A DNA stretch of 64,000 nt from Verrucomicrobiaceae bacterium (GCA_051252135.1 JBPOGH010000001.1:288001-352000), one strand, 5' to 3'; counted from the stretch's first letter, positions 1-12,945 are shown. Notes: a model not told the origin generated them from the letters alone. Numbers and translations: made by a program.

Positions 1-2
1 CA

Positions 3-209
3 ATCGTGATGCGCGTCGGCGGGTTCGGCAAGGTTCCCGCTGTCATTAATCCTGAGACCAACGAGATCGCTTGGACCGTGAATCGCCCCTTACGCCAGTC
101 TATCTGTGACGTGAGCGTTCAATGGAGGCTTAAAGGAAAATCGAGCTACGAACCGGTCATGAAGTGGTCATTTGGAATCGATCGTGTGGCAAACTACCAA
201 GCACAGTAG
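3..209 (+). CDS. 3' end of a gene entering from the left edge; function not determinable
   Basis: Open frame from the window edge to TAG at 207-209, followed by a 159-bp AT-richer intergenic region. Confidence 0.55.
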   Translation: MVMRVGGFGKVPAVINPETNEIAWTVNRPLRQSICDVSVQWRLKGKSSYEPVMKWSFGIDRVANYQAQ

Positions 210-368
210 TTTTCATTGCGAAAGGGTGGTTGATTCGGTCGATTTGGGAGGCTAACGGTCATTTTCAAGAAGATTCATCGAAAAAATCCGGGGTTTAGCC
301 CTTAAGGCGCCCATTTTCACTTTCAATTTTCAGATTTTCTGCCAACTTCAACCCGAAAGCCTAATTTT

Positions 369-2096
369 ATGAGCAATCAACCACTCGACGGAGCCCAAGC
401 TCTAATCAAAACTCTCGATGACCTCGGGATTGAATTCATCTTCGGATATTCCGGAGGAGCGGCCATTCCCATTTTCGACGCTCTCGAAACAGTCAAGACC
501 AACATGAAATTCATCCTGGTTCGGCACGAGCAAGGAGCAGTTCACATGGCTGACGGGTATGCCCGCGCCACAGGCAAGCCTGCCGCGGTCCTCGTGACAT
601 CCGGTCCAGGAGCCGGGAATACCGTAACCGGACTCATGACCGCCCAAATGGATTCGGTTCCGATGCTTGTCATTTGCGGGCAGCAGGTCACCTGGATGCT
701 TGGCAAGGACGCTTTTCAGGAGGCTGACATTTTCGGCATCACGATCCCTGTCGTGAAGCACAACTACCTCGTCAAAGAGACCAATGATCTCGTGAGGGTT
801 ACCAAAGAGGCTTACCACATTGCGACCACCGGACGCCCCGGTCCGGTATTGATCGATGTTCCTAAGGACGTCTCTTCTGGAGATTTCACTGCTTCCATGG
901 AGCCGGATCTGGATCTCCCCGGATACGATCCAAGTGAATCCCTGAATATTGACATCAGCTCGATTGATGAAGCCGTCGCCTTGATTTCACAAGCCACTCG
1001 CCCGGTGATTCTCGCCGGTCAGGGCACCATGATTTCCCGTGCCGACGAGGAACTGATGAAGTTGGCCACCACGCTCAATTGCCCTGTCACCTCCACCCTT
1101 CTCGGGAAAGGTGTCTTTCCGGAAACCCATGACCTTTCCCTCGGCATGCTTGGAATGCATGGCACCGCTTATGCGAACAAAGCAATGGTGGAGTGCGATC
1201 TCCTTCTCAACGTCGGCTCCCGATTCGATGACCGGATCATTGGACAACCCGACAAGTTTTGCGCTGATGCCAAAATCATCCACATCGACATCGATCCGGC
1301 CGAGATGGACAAGATGATTCGCCCCGACGTCCAGGTCATTGGCGACGCCAAAGCCGCGCTCAAAGAAATAATCGCCCGGGTTTCTCCATTGGAGACCACT
1401 GAATGGTTGAAAACCCTCGATGGTTACAAGAAGAAGTATCCCCTTTCCTATAAAAAGCAGGGCGGTCTCCGCATGCAGCAGGTGATCGAAGAACTCTATC
1501 TTCAAACCAAGGGAAAAGCCATCGTCTCGACCGATGTCGGACAGCACCAAATGTGGGCTGCCCAATTCTACCGGAACGATGAATCCTATCACTGGCTTTC
1601 CTCCGGAGGTGCCGGCACCATGGGATTCGGATTTCCTGCAGCAATCGGAGCCCAACTCGCCCACCCTGATAAGACAGTGATCTCGATCTCGGGGGATGGT
1701 GGCTTTCAAATGACTCTCTTTGAGTTGGCAACCGCAGCGATTCACAAGCTCCCCATCAAGATCGTCGTCCTCAACAACCACTATCTTGGCATGGTGCGCC
1801 AATGGCAGGAACTCTTCTTTGAGAACCGCGAATCAGGAGTGGATCTCGAGGGTAACCCCGATTTCTGTAAACTTGCAGCCGCCTACGGGATTCCCAGTGT
1901 TCATTTCAAGCGCCCCGCCGATTGCACCCGCAAGATCGAGGAAGCACTTGCCTACAACGATGGGCCCATTCTCATACATGCCGAATGCGTGAAATACGAA
2001 AACGTGTTCCCGATGATTCCAGCCGGAGCGGCATTGGAAGACATGATCACCGAGCCTCCCAAGACCCAGATGGCAAAACCAGTAGGTTCCACCTAG
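369..2096 (+). CDS. ilvB: Acetolactate synthase, large (catalytic) subunit
   Basis: [32 protein letters not shown] and the ThDP motif GDGGFQM...NN. Confidence 0.97.
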   Translation: MSNQPLDGAQALIKTLDDLGIEFIFGYSGGAAIPIFDALETVKTNMKFILVRHEQGAVHMADGYARATGKPAAVLVTSGPGAGNTVTGLMTAQMDSVPMLVICGQQVTWMLGKDAFQEADIFGITIPVVKHNYLVKETNDLVRVTKEAYHIATTGRPGPVLIDVPKDVSSGDFTASMEPDLDLPGYDPSESLNIDISSIDEAVALISQATRPVILAGQGTMISRADEELMKLATTLNCPVTSTLLGKGVFPETHDLSLGMLGMHGTAYANKAMVECDLLLNVGSRFDDRIIGQPDKFCADAKIIHIDIDPAEMDKMIRPDVQVIGDAKAALKEIIARVSPLETTEWLKTLDGYKKKYPLSYKKQGGLRMQQVIEELYLQTKGKAIVSTDVGQHQMWAAQFYRNDESYHWLSSGGAGTMGFGFPAAIGAQLAHPDKTVISISGDGGFQMTLFELATAAIHKLPIKIVVLNNHYLGMVRQWQELFFENRESGVDLEGNPDFCKLAAAYGIPSVHFKRPADCTRKIEEALAYNDGPILIHAECVKYENVFPMIPAGAALEDMITEPPKTQMAKPVGST

Positions 2097-2143
2097 GCCT
2101 CGAATCCAATTATTAGCTAATCCATTCAAAAAACCGAATTCCA

Positions 2144-2680
2144 ATGTCCAAGAATATCGTCACTACGGACACCCCGGCAGACAGCGCCGGCGGTTCCTCC
2201 AACACATTGTCCATCCTGGTGAATAACAGCCCCGGGGTGCTGATGCGCATTTGTCAGGTTTTTTCACGAAGAGCCTACAATATCGACTCCCTCGTGGTCT
2301 CCGAAGGGCGCGATGCGGCATTTTCCCGGATGACCATCGGCATATCCGGGGACCCCTCGGGTCTGGAGCAAATCATCAAGCAGGTGAACAAGCTCATTGA
2401 TGTCATCCATTGCTACGAGCACACCGAAGCTCATGCAGTGGTTCGCGAGATGCTGCTGGTGAAGCTTCTCGCAGATCAGGAGCAACGCTCAGCGGCACTT
2501 CAGGTTATTGAGCACTTCGCTGGAAAAACCGTCGATCTCAGCCCTGAATCCATGATTGCCATGTTTACCGGGACGACCAGTAAGCTTGATGCCGCCATGA
2601 TCATGCTCGGCCAGTTCGAGGTGATTGAGACCGTTCGTACCGGCAAGGTGGTCATGGCTCGTGGCAGTCAGGAGACCTAG
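2144..2680 (+). CDS. ilvN: Acetolactate synthase, small regulatory subunit
   Basis: ACT domain (NSPGVLMRICQVFSRRAYNIDSL), C-terminal ETVRTGKVVMARG; directly downstream of ilvB. Confidence 0.95.
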   Translation: MSKNIVTTDTPADSAGGSSNTLSILVNNSPGVLMRICQVFSRRAYNIDSLVVSEGRDAAFSRMTIGISGDPSGLEQIIKQVNKLIDVIHCYEHTEAHAVVREMLLVKLLADQEQRSAALQVIEHFAGKTVDLSPESMIAMFTGTTSKLDAAMIMLGQFEVIETVRTGKVVMARGSQET

Positions 2681-2708
2681 AAACGACCTGCAAGCACATC
2701 GAATTTTC

Positions 2709-2737
2709 AACGGCGCCAAATCGGCGCCGTTTTTTTG
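2709..2737 (+). terminator. Intrinsic terminator after ilvBN
   Basis: AACGGCGCC-aaatc-GGCGCCGTT followed by a T-run. Confidence 0.85.
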
Positions 2738-2798
2738 TCCCTTCCGGGAGCGGGTTACCCTTGCAACAGCTCCCTTGGTAGCCTCTAATCCGCCCGCT

Positions 2799-5232
<2,434 letters not shown>

Positions 5233-5243
5233 TCTACCGAGTC

Positions 5244-5960
5244 ATGGGAGAAGCAGAATCCGCCTCCGAACCCCGTCACATCGCTGTCATCATGGATGGC
5301 AACGGGCGCTGGGCCAACGAGCGCGGCCTGCCGCGGAAAGAAGGACATCGCGCCGGAGCGGAATCCGTGCGTGAAGCGGTTGAAGCGTGCACCGAGCTTG
5401 GTGTCGATTACCTCACCCTCTACGCCTTTTCCTCAGAAAACTGGAAGCGGCCAAAAGCTGAAGTCACTGCGCTGATGGGTTTGCTTGAACGATTCCTGAA
5501 GACCAAGGCGCGGGAAATTACCCAAAAAAACGTCCGCTTAAAAGCAATCGGACGCCTGGAGCTACTTCCCCCCAAAACCCGGAAAGCTCTTGATCAAACG
5601 ATTGACGAAACCAAGCACAACACCGGCCTCACCCTCGTTCTTGCCCTCTCCTATGGCGCGCGCGAAGAGATTGTTGATGCGACCCGGGCGATCAGCAAAA
5701 AGGTCCTAAGCGGTGAAATTTCCACGGATGAGATCGGCAACGAGACCATTTCAAACCATCTTTACACCTCCGATATTCCCGACCCTGACCTATTGGTGAG
5801 AACCTCTGGCGAACTTAGGCTTTCAAACTTTTTGCTTTGGCAGTTGAGCTATGCTGAGATTGTCATTTCGCGCAAGAATTGGCCGGATTTCAAAAAAAAC
5901 GACATGCATGAAGCAGTTGCCGAATATTCTCGCCGTCACCGCCGCTTCGGTCGAGTCTAG
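5244..5960 (+). CDS. uppS: Undecaprenyl diphosphate synthase (cis-isoprenyl transferase)
   Basis: HIAVIMDGNGRWA, FSSENWKRP, RTSGELRLSNFLLWQ. Confidence 0.97.
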   Translation: MGEAESASEPRHIAVIMDGNGRWANERGLPRKEGHRAGAESVREAVEACTELGVDYLTLYAFSSENWKRPKAEVTALMGLLERFLKTKAREITQKNVRLKAIGRLELLPPKTRKALDQTIDETKHNTGLTLVLALSYGAREEIVDATRAISKKVLSGEISTDEIGNETISNHLYTSDIPDPDLLVRTSGELRLSNFLLWQLSYAEIVISRKNWPDFKKNDMHEAVAEYSRRHRRFGRV

Positions 5961-5967
5961 CCCCGTT

Positions 5968-7338
5968 GTGAGCACACCATCTGAGCACACCATACTATTG
6001 GTCGATCCGGATCATGATTATCTGGATTGGGCAACCAAGCATCTCAAGGCAGCCGGGATCACCATTCTCCGCTGCGATGTGGCTGACAAGGCACTCAAAG
6101 TAATTGAGAAAGCACAAGTTGATCTCGTTATTGCCGACCTCAAGCTGGAACCATTTTCAGGACTCGAACTGCTCGGACAAATTCGATCTCAGTCCCCTTC
6201 CACGATCGTCGTCCTGACCGGAGGCTTCCCCACAACAAGCCAAATTATTGAGTCCACTCAACGGGGAGCTCATGACGTCCTCAAAAAAGAATCTCTGCCT
6301 TTCGAACTCCGTCATGTTGTGGAATCGGCCCTGCAGACCATCGACCAGCGTCGGGAAGCTGGAGAAAGCAATCGAGAGGCTCCGGGACTTGAAGGAAAAA
6401 ATACCATCATTGGAGTTTCCCGCCCATTGCAGAATGTTCTCAAAATAGTCGGAAGAGTGGCTCGGTCCGATGCCCCTGTCTTGGTGACCGGGGAGAGTGG
6501 AACAGGCAAAGAGCTGGTCGCCAAATCAATTCACGACTTTAGTCCTCGTCGCAATAATGAGCTGTTGGTGATTAACTGCGGCGCCATCCCGGAGAATCTG
6601 CTCGAATCCGAATTGTTCGGTCACGAAAAGGGGTCCTTTACCGGGGCCATTGCGCGCCGCTCGGGACGCTTTGAAGAATGCCATGAGGGAACTCTGTTTC
6701 TTGACGAGGTTGGCGATCTCCCCCCTTCTGTTCAGGTCAAACTTCTCAGGGTTCTCCAAGACGGTTCTTTTTCCAGAGTGGGCTCCAATGAGGTTCTGAA
6801 AACCGACGTTCGAATCGTTACCGCCACAAACAAAAACCTCTCCTCCGAGGTTGCTGCAGGTCGTTTCCGCGAAGACCTCTTCTACCGGCTCAATGTGGTG
6901 GAAATCGAGCTTCCGCCCCTTCGAGCCCGCCCCGAGGATGTCCCGCTTTTGGCCGAATTCTTCCTCGACCGTATCGCCCGCCGCAACGGGAACAACCGGT
7001 TGCACTTGTCCGGCGAAGCGATCGAACATCTTCAAAAGCACACTTGGCCGGGAAACGTAAGAGAGCTCGAAAATACGATGGCGCGTGCTTGTGCCCTCGC
7101 TTCGAGCGAAGTTCTCCTTCCCGATGACATCCCCATTGTCAGGCGGCTTTCCGCCTCTCCCATATCCGGTGCGCTGGAGACCATCGTCTCGGCGGCATCA
7201 AGGGAAGGAGTGGATAGTCTCACTTATGCTCGCGATGCATTGTTGAAATACGCTCTTGAGAAAGCGGGAGGAGAAAATCAAGCAGCGGAACTTCTGGGGA
7301 CCAAAGTCTCCGAATTTGGAAAGAAGAAGAGCAAGTAG
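5968..7338 (+). CDS. Sigma-54-dependent response regulator (NtrC/AtoC family: receiver + AAA+); probable GTG start
   Basis: N-terminal receiver (LLVD...VIADL), GESGTGKE, ESELFGHEKGSFTGA, LFLDE, FREDLFYRL, WPGNVRELEN. Confidence 0.93.
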   Translation: MSTPSEHTILLVDPDHDYLDWATKHLKAAGITILRCDVADKALKVIEKAQVDLVIADLKLEPFSGLELLGQIRSQSPSTIVVLTGGFPTTSQIIESTQRGAHDVLKKESLPFELRHVVESALQTIDQRREAGESNREAPGLEGKNTIIGVSRPLQNVLKIVGRVARSDAPVLVTGESGTGKELVAKSIHDFSPRRNNELLVINCGAIPENLLESELFGHEKGSFTGAIARRSGRFEECHEGTLFLDEVGDLPPSVQVKLLRVLQDGSFSRVGSNEVLKTDVRIVTATNKNLSSEVAAGRFREDLFYRLNVVEIELPPLRARPEDVPLLAEFFLDRIARRNGNNRLHLSGEAIEHLQKHTWPGNVRELENTMARACALASSEVLLPDDIPIVRRLSASPISGALETIVSAASREGVDSLTYARDALLKYALEKAGGENQAAELLGTKVSEFGKKKSK

Positions 7339-7342
7339 AATC

Positions 7343-7963
7343 ATGTCCGACCTCAGCCACCACCCGCTCTTAGCCGACCGAATGTCCCAACTCAGATCGG
7401 TTGAGTGTCCGCCACAAGAGTTCCGAAGACATGTTGTGGATATCGCCAGGCTGCTCGTCCTTCCCGCCACCGAAGGCCTCGAAACAGTCGATTCTTCGGT
7501 TACTACTCCAATTCAAAAGATGAACGGGCAGCGACTTGCCCGCCCCGTGGTTCTCGTCCCGATCCTCCGTGCCGGGCTTGGACTCAGCGAAGGGTTCCAT
7601 CAACTCTTGCCTGAAGCCTCCATCGCACATTATGGCTTGGCCCGAAACGAAGAAACCCTCGAGGCAGAGGTCTACTTTGAAAAATTCCCTCCGGGCATGG
7701 AAAATTCCGAGGTGTTTGTTCTCGACCCCATGCTGGCGACTGGGGGAAGTGCGGTAGCCGCGCTGACCCGTCTCAAGGAGCAGGGTGCACAGCACCTTCA
7801 TTTTGTGTGCCTTGTTGCCAGTCCGGAAGGAATGGCCCTCCTCAAGAGTTCGCATCCCGATGTCCCGGTAACTTGCGCGGTCATCGACGAAGGATTGAAC
7901 GAAAAAGGCTACATTGTTCCAGGCTTGGGTGACGCCGGAGATCGCACCTTCGGAACCTTATAA
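7343..7963 (+). CDS. upp: Uracil phosphoribosyltransferase
   Basis: VPILRAGL, DPMLATGGS, YIVPGLGDAGDR. Confidence 0.97.
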   Translation: MSDLSHHPLLADRMSQLRSVECPPQEFRRHVVDIARLLVLPATEGLETVDSSVTTPIQKMNGQRLARPVVLVPILRAGLGLSEGFHQLLPEASIAHYGLARNEETLEAEVYFEKFPPGMENSEVFVLDPMLATGGSAVAALTRLKEQGAQHLHFVCLVASPEGMALLKSSHPDVPVTCAVIDEGLNEKGYIVPGLGDAGDRTFGTL

Positions 7964-8001
7964 ATTGGCCACTTCCCCAATTTGGGATTAGCTTTCTTCC
8001 C

Positions 8002-10464
8002 GTGGGACGATTTACGACCATCCTTTTATTACTCACCCTCTCAATCAGCGCAAAGGAGCTGACATGGAGGGATGTTCAGCAACTTGATGAATTCAAGACC
8101 GCTCAGGTCGCGCTATCCGACCACCTTCCCGAGCTTGCAGTCACGGCCTTGAAGGGACTGGGCAACTCCCGCGAACTCTCCAGGGAAGCATCCACGAATC
8201 TCAATCTCCTTTTGGGCGAGTCCCATATTCGGAGCAATCAACCTGAGCTGGCTCTCGAAGTTCTTGAGGGAACCAGCACCCAGGCCCTGCGTTGGAGGGC
8301 CTTGGCCTTGGTTCAAATGGGGAGGCTGAAGGAAGCAGAAGAGCACCTCTCCAATCTCAAGGAAAAAGCCGATGTGCGTCACCGCGCCACCCTCCTCTCT
8401 GCTCTTCGCCAATACGAACAGGCACTGGTGGTCCTTTCCCCGCTTCTCAAAGAAGATTCGCTCGCGCAACTCATCGCAGCCGGAATTCATTTGGATCAGG
8501 GAGATTTGAAAGAAGCCGAGCTGCTCATCACATCGATCAAGCCCAAGGATGATTTGCAGGAAGCCAACTTGGAACTCTTGGAGGGAAGGCTTGCTCTGGG
8601 CCGCGGAGACCGTGTCAGCGCTGTGAGAACCTTCCGCGCACTTGTTCCGGAGAAACCAACCGACAAGCTCCCTCCCGCGCATGTTTACCATCAGGCCGTT
8701 GTCGGACTTGCCGATAGTCTGGCCCTCGGGGGTGGCGAAGCTGCCGCTGCTGCGTTTTTAGTATCCCATCTCCAAAATCACCCGCAAAGCAGCAACCTTT
8801 CGGCTCTGTTCTCCAGATTGCGACAGTGGCGGGACCATGTGCCCAATGACCAATTGTTAAAATGGTCAGCTTCTCCCCCGCCACCGATGACGCTTTTAAG
8901 CGGGAGTCTCCCCCCACCTCCTGCTTCGGGTTTACATGTTTTTTCCCTTCAACTCTCTGCACTCAAAGCAGTCGATGGAGACATTCCTTCTCACGCCGCT
9001 TTCCTGTTCTCCCGGTTTTTACTGGAAACACCGGCTGAATACGAAGATCAGATCAGTCAATCACTCATTGATCTGGGGCTGTTCCATTTCGAACTCAATC
9101 AAGTTACACAGGCCTTATCTGTGTTTCAATTGGTGCGAGACAGAGCTCCCGAAGGGCGTCTGCAGGCCATTGCAACCTCGCTACAAGGAGCTGCTGCATT
9201 TGCACTTCAAGATCCAAAGCAAGCTGCTGCTGCCTTTGAGGAAGCCAAGGCTTCCGCTCTCTTGTTTAGAGAAGTCGACCTCGCTCATGCGGCGTCAATG
9301 AATCAGGCGTTGAGCTATCTGGAAATGGGCCGTGACGCCGATTTAACCTCACTTGAGGAGCCCGCGAAAGCGGATCTCTTCCTGGAGCAGGGCCTTTTGA
9401 TGGCCAGTAGAGATGAAGCCGGCGCACGAGAATTCCTTGAAAATTTCAGGTCCCGATTCCCCGACCACGAGCGGATCGATGAGGCCACTTTGGCATTGGC
9501 TGAGAATTATATTTTCGCCTCCAATTCCGACACCAAAGAGGGTTCCAAAGCAAAAGCACTCAAATTGTTAGCGGAGCTAAATTTTGATGACGTGGAAGAA
9601 CCATTGGAATCTGCGAGGAAACTCATCGCACTGATGGAGCTGAACCAGGGAATTGAAGCGGCCTCCTTATGGCTGAACCGAAATCCAAACCATTCAGCGA
9701 CTCCCAATCTCCTGTTTTATTTGGCCCGCGCCCAACACCAAAATGGCAAAAGCGGCCCTGCATTTGCCAGTTACGAGCAATTGATCCAAAATTTCCCCGA
9801 TCATTCGTTGATTAGAACAGTAGGCCTATACAGCGCGCGTGCCGCCTTCTCGGTTGGCACCGAATCCGCCGAAGCTCGGGGCTTCGAGCGTTACCGTGAG
9901 CTCATGACGGGAGATGATCCGCTGGCCGTTCAGGCTGCGATCGAATTTGCCCGACTGCAAATTGATCGCGGCGAAGAGTTGGTCGCGATCAGCGAGCTCG
10001 AGAAATTTCTTGGAAAGAAGACTCTCGATCCGAAAGACAAAAGACGGTTTTTGGTACTCATCGCTGAAGCGGAACGTCAGTCAGGACAATTCCAAAAAGC
10101 CCTCTCCCATTACGAACAACTCCTTAATCAGAGTGATCTGCCGGTATCATTTTTCAATCAGGCATCCTACCTTAAAGGGCGCGTTCTTGAGGATCTTCGG
10201 CAGCCCAATGCCGCACTCGAATCATACTACAGTGTGATCAACCGGAATCTTGATCCCGATAAGGCCGCTGAAGTGGAGTGGCGGTGGCATGACCGCTGCG
10301 CTCTTGAAGGAGCACTCCCTATCCTTGAAAAAAATAACAAGTGGGAAGCCGCCCTTGCGCTTACTCGCAAAATTGCGCTCAGCGGGGGGCCCAGTGCTCA
10401 GCGGGCTGCCGAGCGAGCCAAAAGAATCCAGTTTGATCACATGATCTGGGACGAGGCCGAATAG
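8002..10464 (+). CDS. Exported tetratricopeptide-repeat protein
   Basis: Signal peptide (MGRFTTILLLLTLSISA), all-helical TPR-like repeats including 'F..RFPDH' and 'LIQNFPDH' hairpins. Confidence 0.8.
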   Translation: MGRFTTILLLLTLSISAKELTWRDVQQLDEFKTAQVALSDHLPELAVTALKGLGNSRELSREASTNLNLLLGESHIRSNQPELALEVLEGTSTQALRWRALALVQMGRLKEAEEHLSNLKEKADVRHRATLLSALRQYEQALVVLSPLLKEDSLAQLIAAGIHLDQGDLKEAELLITSIKPKDDLQEANLELLEGRLALGRGDRVSAVRTFRALVPEKPTDKLPPAHVYHQAVVGLADSLALGGGEAAAAAFLVSHLQNHPQSSNLSALFSRLRQWRDHVPNDQLLKWSASPPPPMTLLSGSLPPPPASGLHVFSLQLSALKAVDGDIPSHAAFLFSRFLLETPAEYEDQISQSLIDLGLFHFELNQVTQALSVFQLVRDRAPEGRLQAIATSLQGAAAFALQDPKQAAAAFEEAKASALLFREVDLAHAASMNQALSYLEMGRDADLTSLEEPAKADLFLEQGLLMASRDEAGAREFLENFRSRFPDHERIDEATLALAENYIFASNSDTKEGSKAKALKLLAELNFDDVEEPLESARKLIALMELNQGIEAASLWLNRNPNHSATPNLLFYLARAQHQNGKSGPAFASYEQLIQNFPDHSLIRTVGLYSARAAFSVGTESAEARGFERYRELMTGDDPLAVQAAIEFARLQIDRGEELVAISELEKFLGKKTLDPKDKRRFLVLIAEAERQSGQFQKALSHYEQLLNQSDLPVSFFNQASYLKGRVLEDLRQPNAALESYYSVINRNLDPDKAAEVEWRWHDRCALEGALPILEKNNKWEAALALTRKIALSGGPSAQRAAERAKRIQFDHMIWDEAE

Positions 10465-10521
10465 ACCTTTGATTGCCTGAAAACACTGGACAGCGCACGC
10501 GAGAGACTCCAGCTTGCGCCG

Positions 10522-11604
10522 ATGTCAAAACCCAAGCTTTTCATCCCAGGACCAGTCGATGTTGCCCCTGAAACCTATGCTGCCATGGCCGGCCCGGCCA
10601 TCGGCCATCGCGGAAAGGACTTCGAAGAATTATACGCCTCGATCCAACCAGGTATCCGCGAGGTTGTTGGAACTTCCCGTCCCGTCTTCTTCTCCACATC
10701 CTCTGCTTGGGGAGTCATGGAAGGATGCATTCGGAACCTCGTAAAGAAGAAGGTTCTCAATTTGTGCTGCGGCGCCTTCTCGGACAAATGGTTCGGAGTA
10801 GCCCAAAGCTGTGGCAAGGATGCCGAGAAAATCCAAGTGGAATGGGGACAGCCCATCGACCCCGAAGATGTCCGGGCCAAGCTCAGCGAAGGCGGCTTTG
10901 ACACGGTCACGCTTGTCCATAACGAGACCTCAACCGGAGTCCTCAACCCTCTCAAGGAAATCTCCGAGGTCGTCAAATCCTTCGAAGGGGTCCTCCTGGT
11001 TGTCGACACCGTATCCTCTCTTTCGGCAATGCCGATCAACTTCGACGAGCTAGGCATCGATGTGCTTCTCGCTGGTGTTCAAAAAGCCATTGCCCTCCCC
11101 CCTGGCCTTGCCGTTTTCGTAACCTCTGATGCTGCCCTTGAGCGCGCCTCAACAATTGATGACCGGGGTTACTATTTTGATTTTTGTGAATTTGCATCGA
11201 ATGATGCCAAGAATAACACTCCTTCCACCCCGGCGATCCCCCATCTCTACGGTCTCCTGGAGCGTGTAAATGTGATGATTGAGGAGGGTTTGGAAAATCG
11301 CTTCAAGAGGCATGCTTCCAATAACGCCATGGTTCACGCATGGGGGGCGAAACATGGCTTCGAACTCCTTCCACCAGAAGGTTATCGCTCGCTTTCACTT
11401 TCCTGTTTCGTCACCCCTGACAATCTCGATCAAGGTGGCTGGATCAAAGCGGTTAGCCAGAACCATGGATTCGCCATTAACGGTGGTTACGGGAAGATCA
11501 AAGGCAAGACTTTCCGGATTTCAAACATGGGCAACGAGACGGCGGAAACGATGCAGGAGCTCCTCGATGCTCTCGATGCGGAATTGCCAAAATTTCTTAG
11601 CTGA
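10522..11604 (+). CDS. Class V PLP aminotransferase (alanine-glyoxylate/serine-pyruvate family)
   Basis: LFIPGP, VHNETSTG, VDTVSS, GVQKAIALPPGL (PLP lysine), FRISNMG. Confidence 0.93.
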   Translation: MSKPKLFIPGPVDVAPETYAAMAGPAIGHRGKDFEELYASIQPGIREVVGTSRPVFFSTSSAWGVMEGCIRNLVKKKVLNLCCGAFSDKWFGVAQSCGKDAEKIQVEWGQPIDPEDVRAKLSEGGFDTVTLVHNETSTGVLNPLKEISEVVKSFEGVLLVVDTVSSLSAMPINFDELGIDVLLAGVQKAIALPPGLAVFVTSDAALERASTIDDRGYYFDFCEFASNDAKNNTPSTPAIPHLYGLLERVNVMIEEGLENRFKRHASNNAMVHAWGAKHGFELLPPEGYRSLSLSCFVTPDNLDQGGWIKAVSQNHGFAINGGYGKIKGKTFRISNMGNETAETMQELLDALDAELPKFLS

Positions 11605-11624
11605 ATTTCCTGATCACCAGAATC

Positions 11625-11665
11625 AAAATGAGGCAACGTTATTGAAACGTTGCCTCATTTTTTTT
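11625..11665. terminator. Bidirectional intrinsic terminator between convergent aminotransferase and cysE
   Basis: AAAATGAGGCAACGTT-attga-AACGTTGCCTCATTTT plus T-run. Confidence 0.9.
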
Positions 11666-11679
11666 GCGAAAACGTCCTG

Positions 11680-12531
11680 CTAGAGTCCTGAGCACTTGAG
11701 GCTCTGATCCATCGCCTTCGCCGGGTTATCCGACGGACTCTCCCCCACGACCACGGCGGGGACACCCGCTACCGTCTTGTGAGCCTCGACATTGTCCAAC
11801 ACCACACTTCCCGCCCCAATTTTTGCACCGGTGCCGATTTCAACCCGGCCAAGAATCTTTGCCCCTGCACCAATCATCACCCCTGTCCTCACGATAGGGT
11901 GCCGATCACCGGTTTCCTTGCCTGTACCTCCAAGAGTAACCTCATGGAGAATTGAGACATCATCCTCTACTATCGCCGTCTCTCCGATCACCAGACTCGT
12001 CGCATGATCGAGGAAAATCCCACAGCCAAGTCGAGCCGCGGGGTGAATATCAACTCCAAATACTTCACTCGCCAGACTCTGGAAATACAAAGCCAACGCA
12101 CAACGATCGTTTTTCCATAGTTGGTGGCTTATCCGGTACGTGGAAATCGCCATAAATCCCTTATAATAGAGGAGAGGTTGAATTACCGAGGTGCAAGCAG
12201 GGTCACGGTCAAAAATGGCCACGGTGTCGGCAGCCATGCTTTCCACGAGCTCAGGATGTTCGGTAAATATTTCCACCAACAACGGAAAAAGCTCGTCCCT
12301 GGTCATATCCTCCCGGGCAAGTTTCCGCGAAAGGCGGGCTGCCGCAGACCTCCCAAATGACTCCCGAGAAAGGAAAACATCAGCCATTAAGGTCTCCAGA
12401 CGATGCTCGGTCTGAGCGATGCAGGAAGCCTCCCGGCAAATTTCAGTCCAGAGTTTTTCCAGATCCGGTTTTCCTTGCGCGCAGAGCAGGTTCTGACTCG
12501 CCCCTTCGGGTTGGGTGTGTTCTCCTTTCAT
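11680..12531 (-). CDS. cysE: Serine O-acetyltransferase
   Basis: DRDPAC, GVDIHPAA, DHATSLVIGET, GGTGKETGDRHP, hexapeptide repeats; start placed at ATG 12531 (uncertain). Confidence 0.95.
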   Translation of the reverse strand: MKGEHTQPEGASQNLLCAQGKPDLEKLWTEICREASCIAQTEHRLETLMADVFLSRESFGRSAAARLSRKLAREDMTRDELFPLLVEIFTEHPELVESMAADTVAIFDRDPACTSVIQPLLYYKGFMAISTYRISHQLWKNDRCALALYFQSLASEVFGVDIHPAARLGCGIFLDHATSLVIGETAIVEDDVSILHEVTLGGTGKETGDRHPIVRTGVMIGAGAKILGRVEIGTGAKIGAGSVVLDNVEAHKTVAGVPAVVVGESPSDNPAKAMDQSLKCSGL

Positions 12532-12533
12532 CA

Positions 12534-12944
12534 GTGAGGGTCTCTCAGAAATTGGATTACGCAAGTCGGGCACTCGTTCATTTGGCGAGGAAGCACGATG
12601 GCGAATCGGTTGTTAGGACGGATGATATTGCACAGAGTGAGGCGATACCACCCAGTTTTTTGGCTCAAATTCTTCACGAGTTGAAACGTTGTGGTCTCGC
12701 GACCAGTCGACGGGGAAAAACCGGTGGGTGGAAACTCACAAAATCCCCCAATCAGGTGTCACTTCTCGAAGTTGTCGAGGCCCTCGAACCGGAAGCATTG
12801 GGGCTCCCCGGAGATGGCGCAGGTGAATCCGGCGCCGTGGTCCAACAGACTTTTGCAACAGCCCGCGAAGCGACCCGCACCATTCTTTCCGGGATCACTC
12901 TCGAGAGTATGGCGGCCAGTTCCGAGCCCATGTACTTCATCTAA
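12534..12944 (+). CDS. cymR: Rrf2-family transcriptional regulator, CymR-like (probable GTG start)
   Basis: DYASRAL, IA....IPPSFLAQIL..L, SRRGKTGG; lacks the Fe-S cysteine cluster; ends MYFI like CymR; lies inside the cys cluster. Confidence 0.85.
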   Translation: MRVSQKLDYASRALVHLARKHDGESVVRTDDIAQSEAIPPSFLAQILHELKRCGLATSRRGKTGGWKLTKSPNQVSLLEVVEALEPEALGLPGDGAGESGAVVQQTFATAREATRTILSGITLESMAASSEPMYFI

Positions 12945-12945
12945 T

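Noticed and set aside
210..368. Leader-peptide attenuator or riboswitch upstream of ilvB
   Set aside because: No Ile/Leu/Val-rich mini-ORF or terminator/antiterminator pair that I could identify.
2625..2798. N-terminal extensions in the ORF track (carA, purA, regulator, upp, folP, kinase, HtrA-like)
   Set aside because: They overlap upstream genes or terminators; family-typical N-termini begin at the downstream starts reported.
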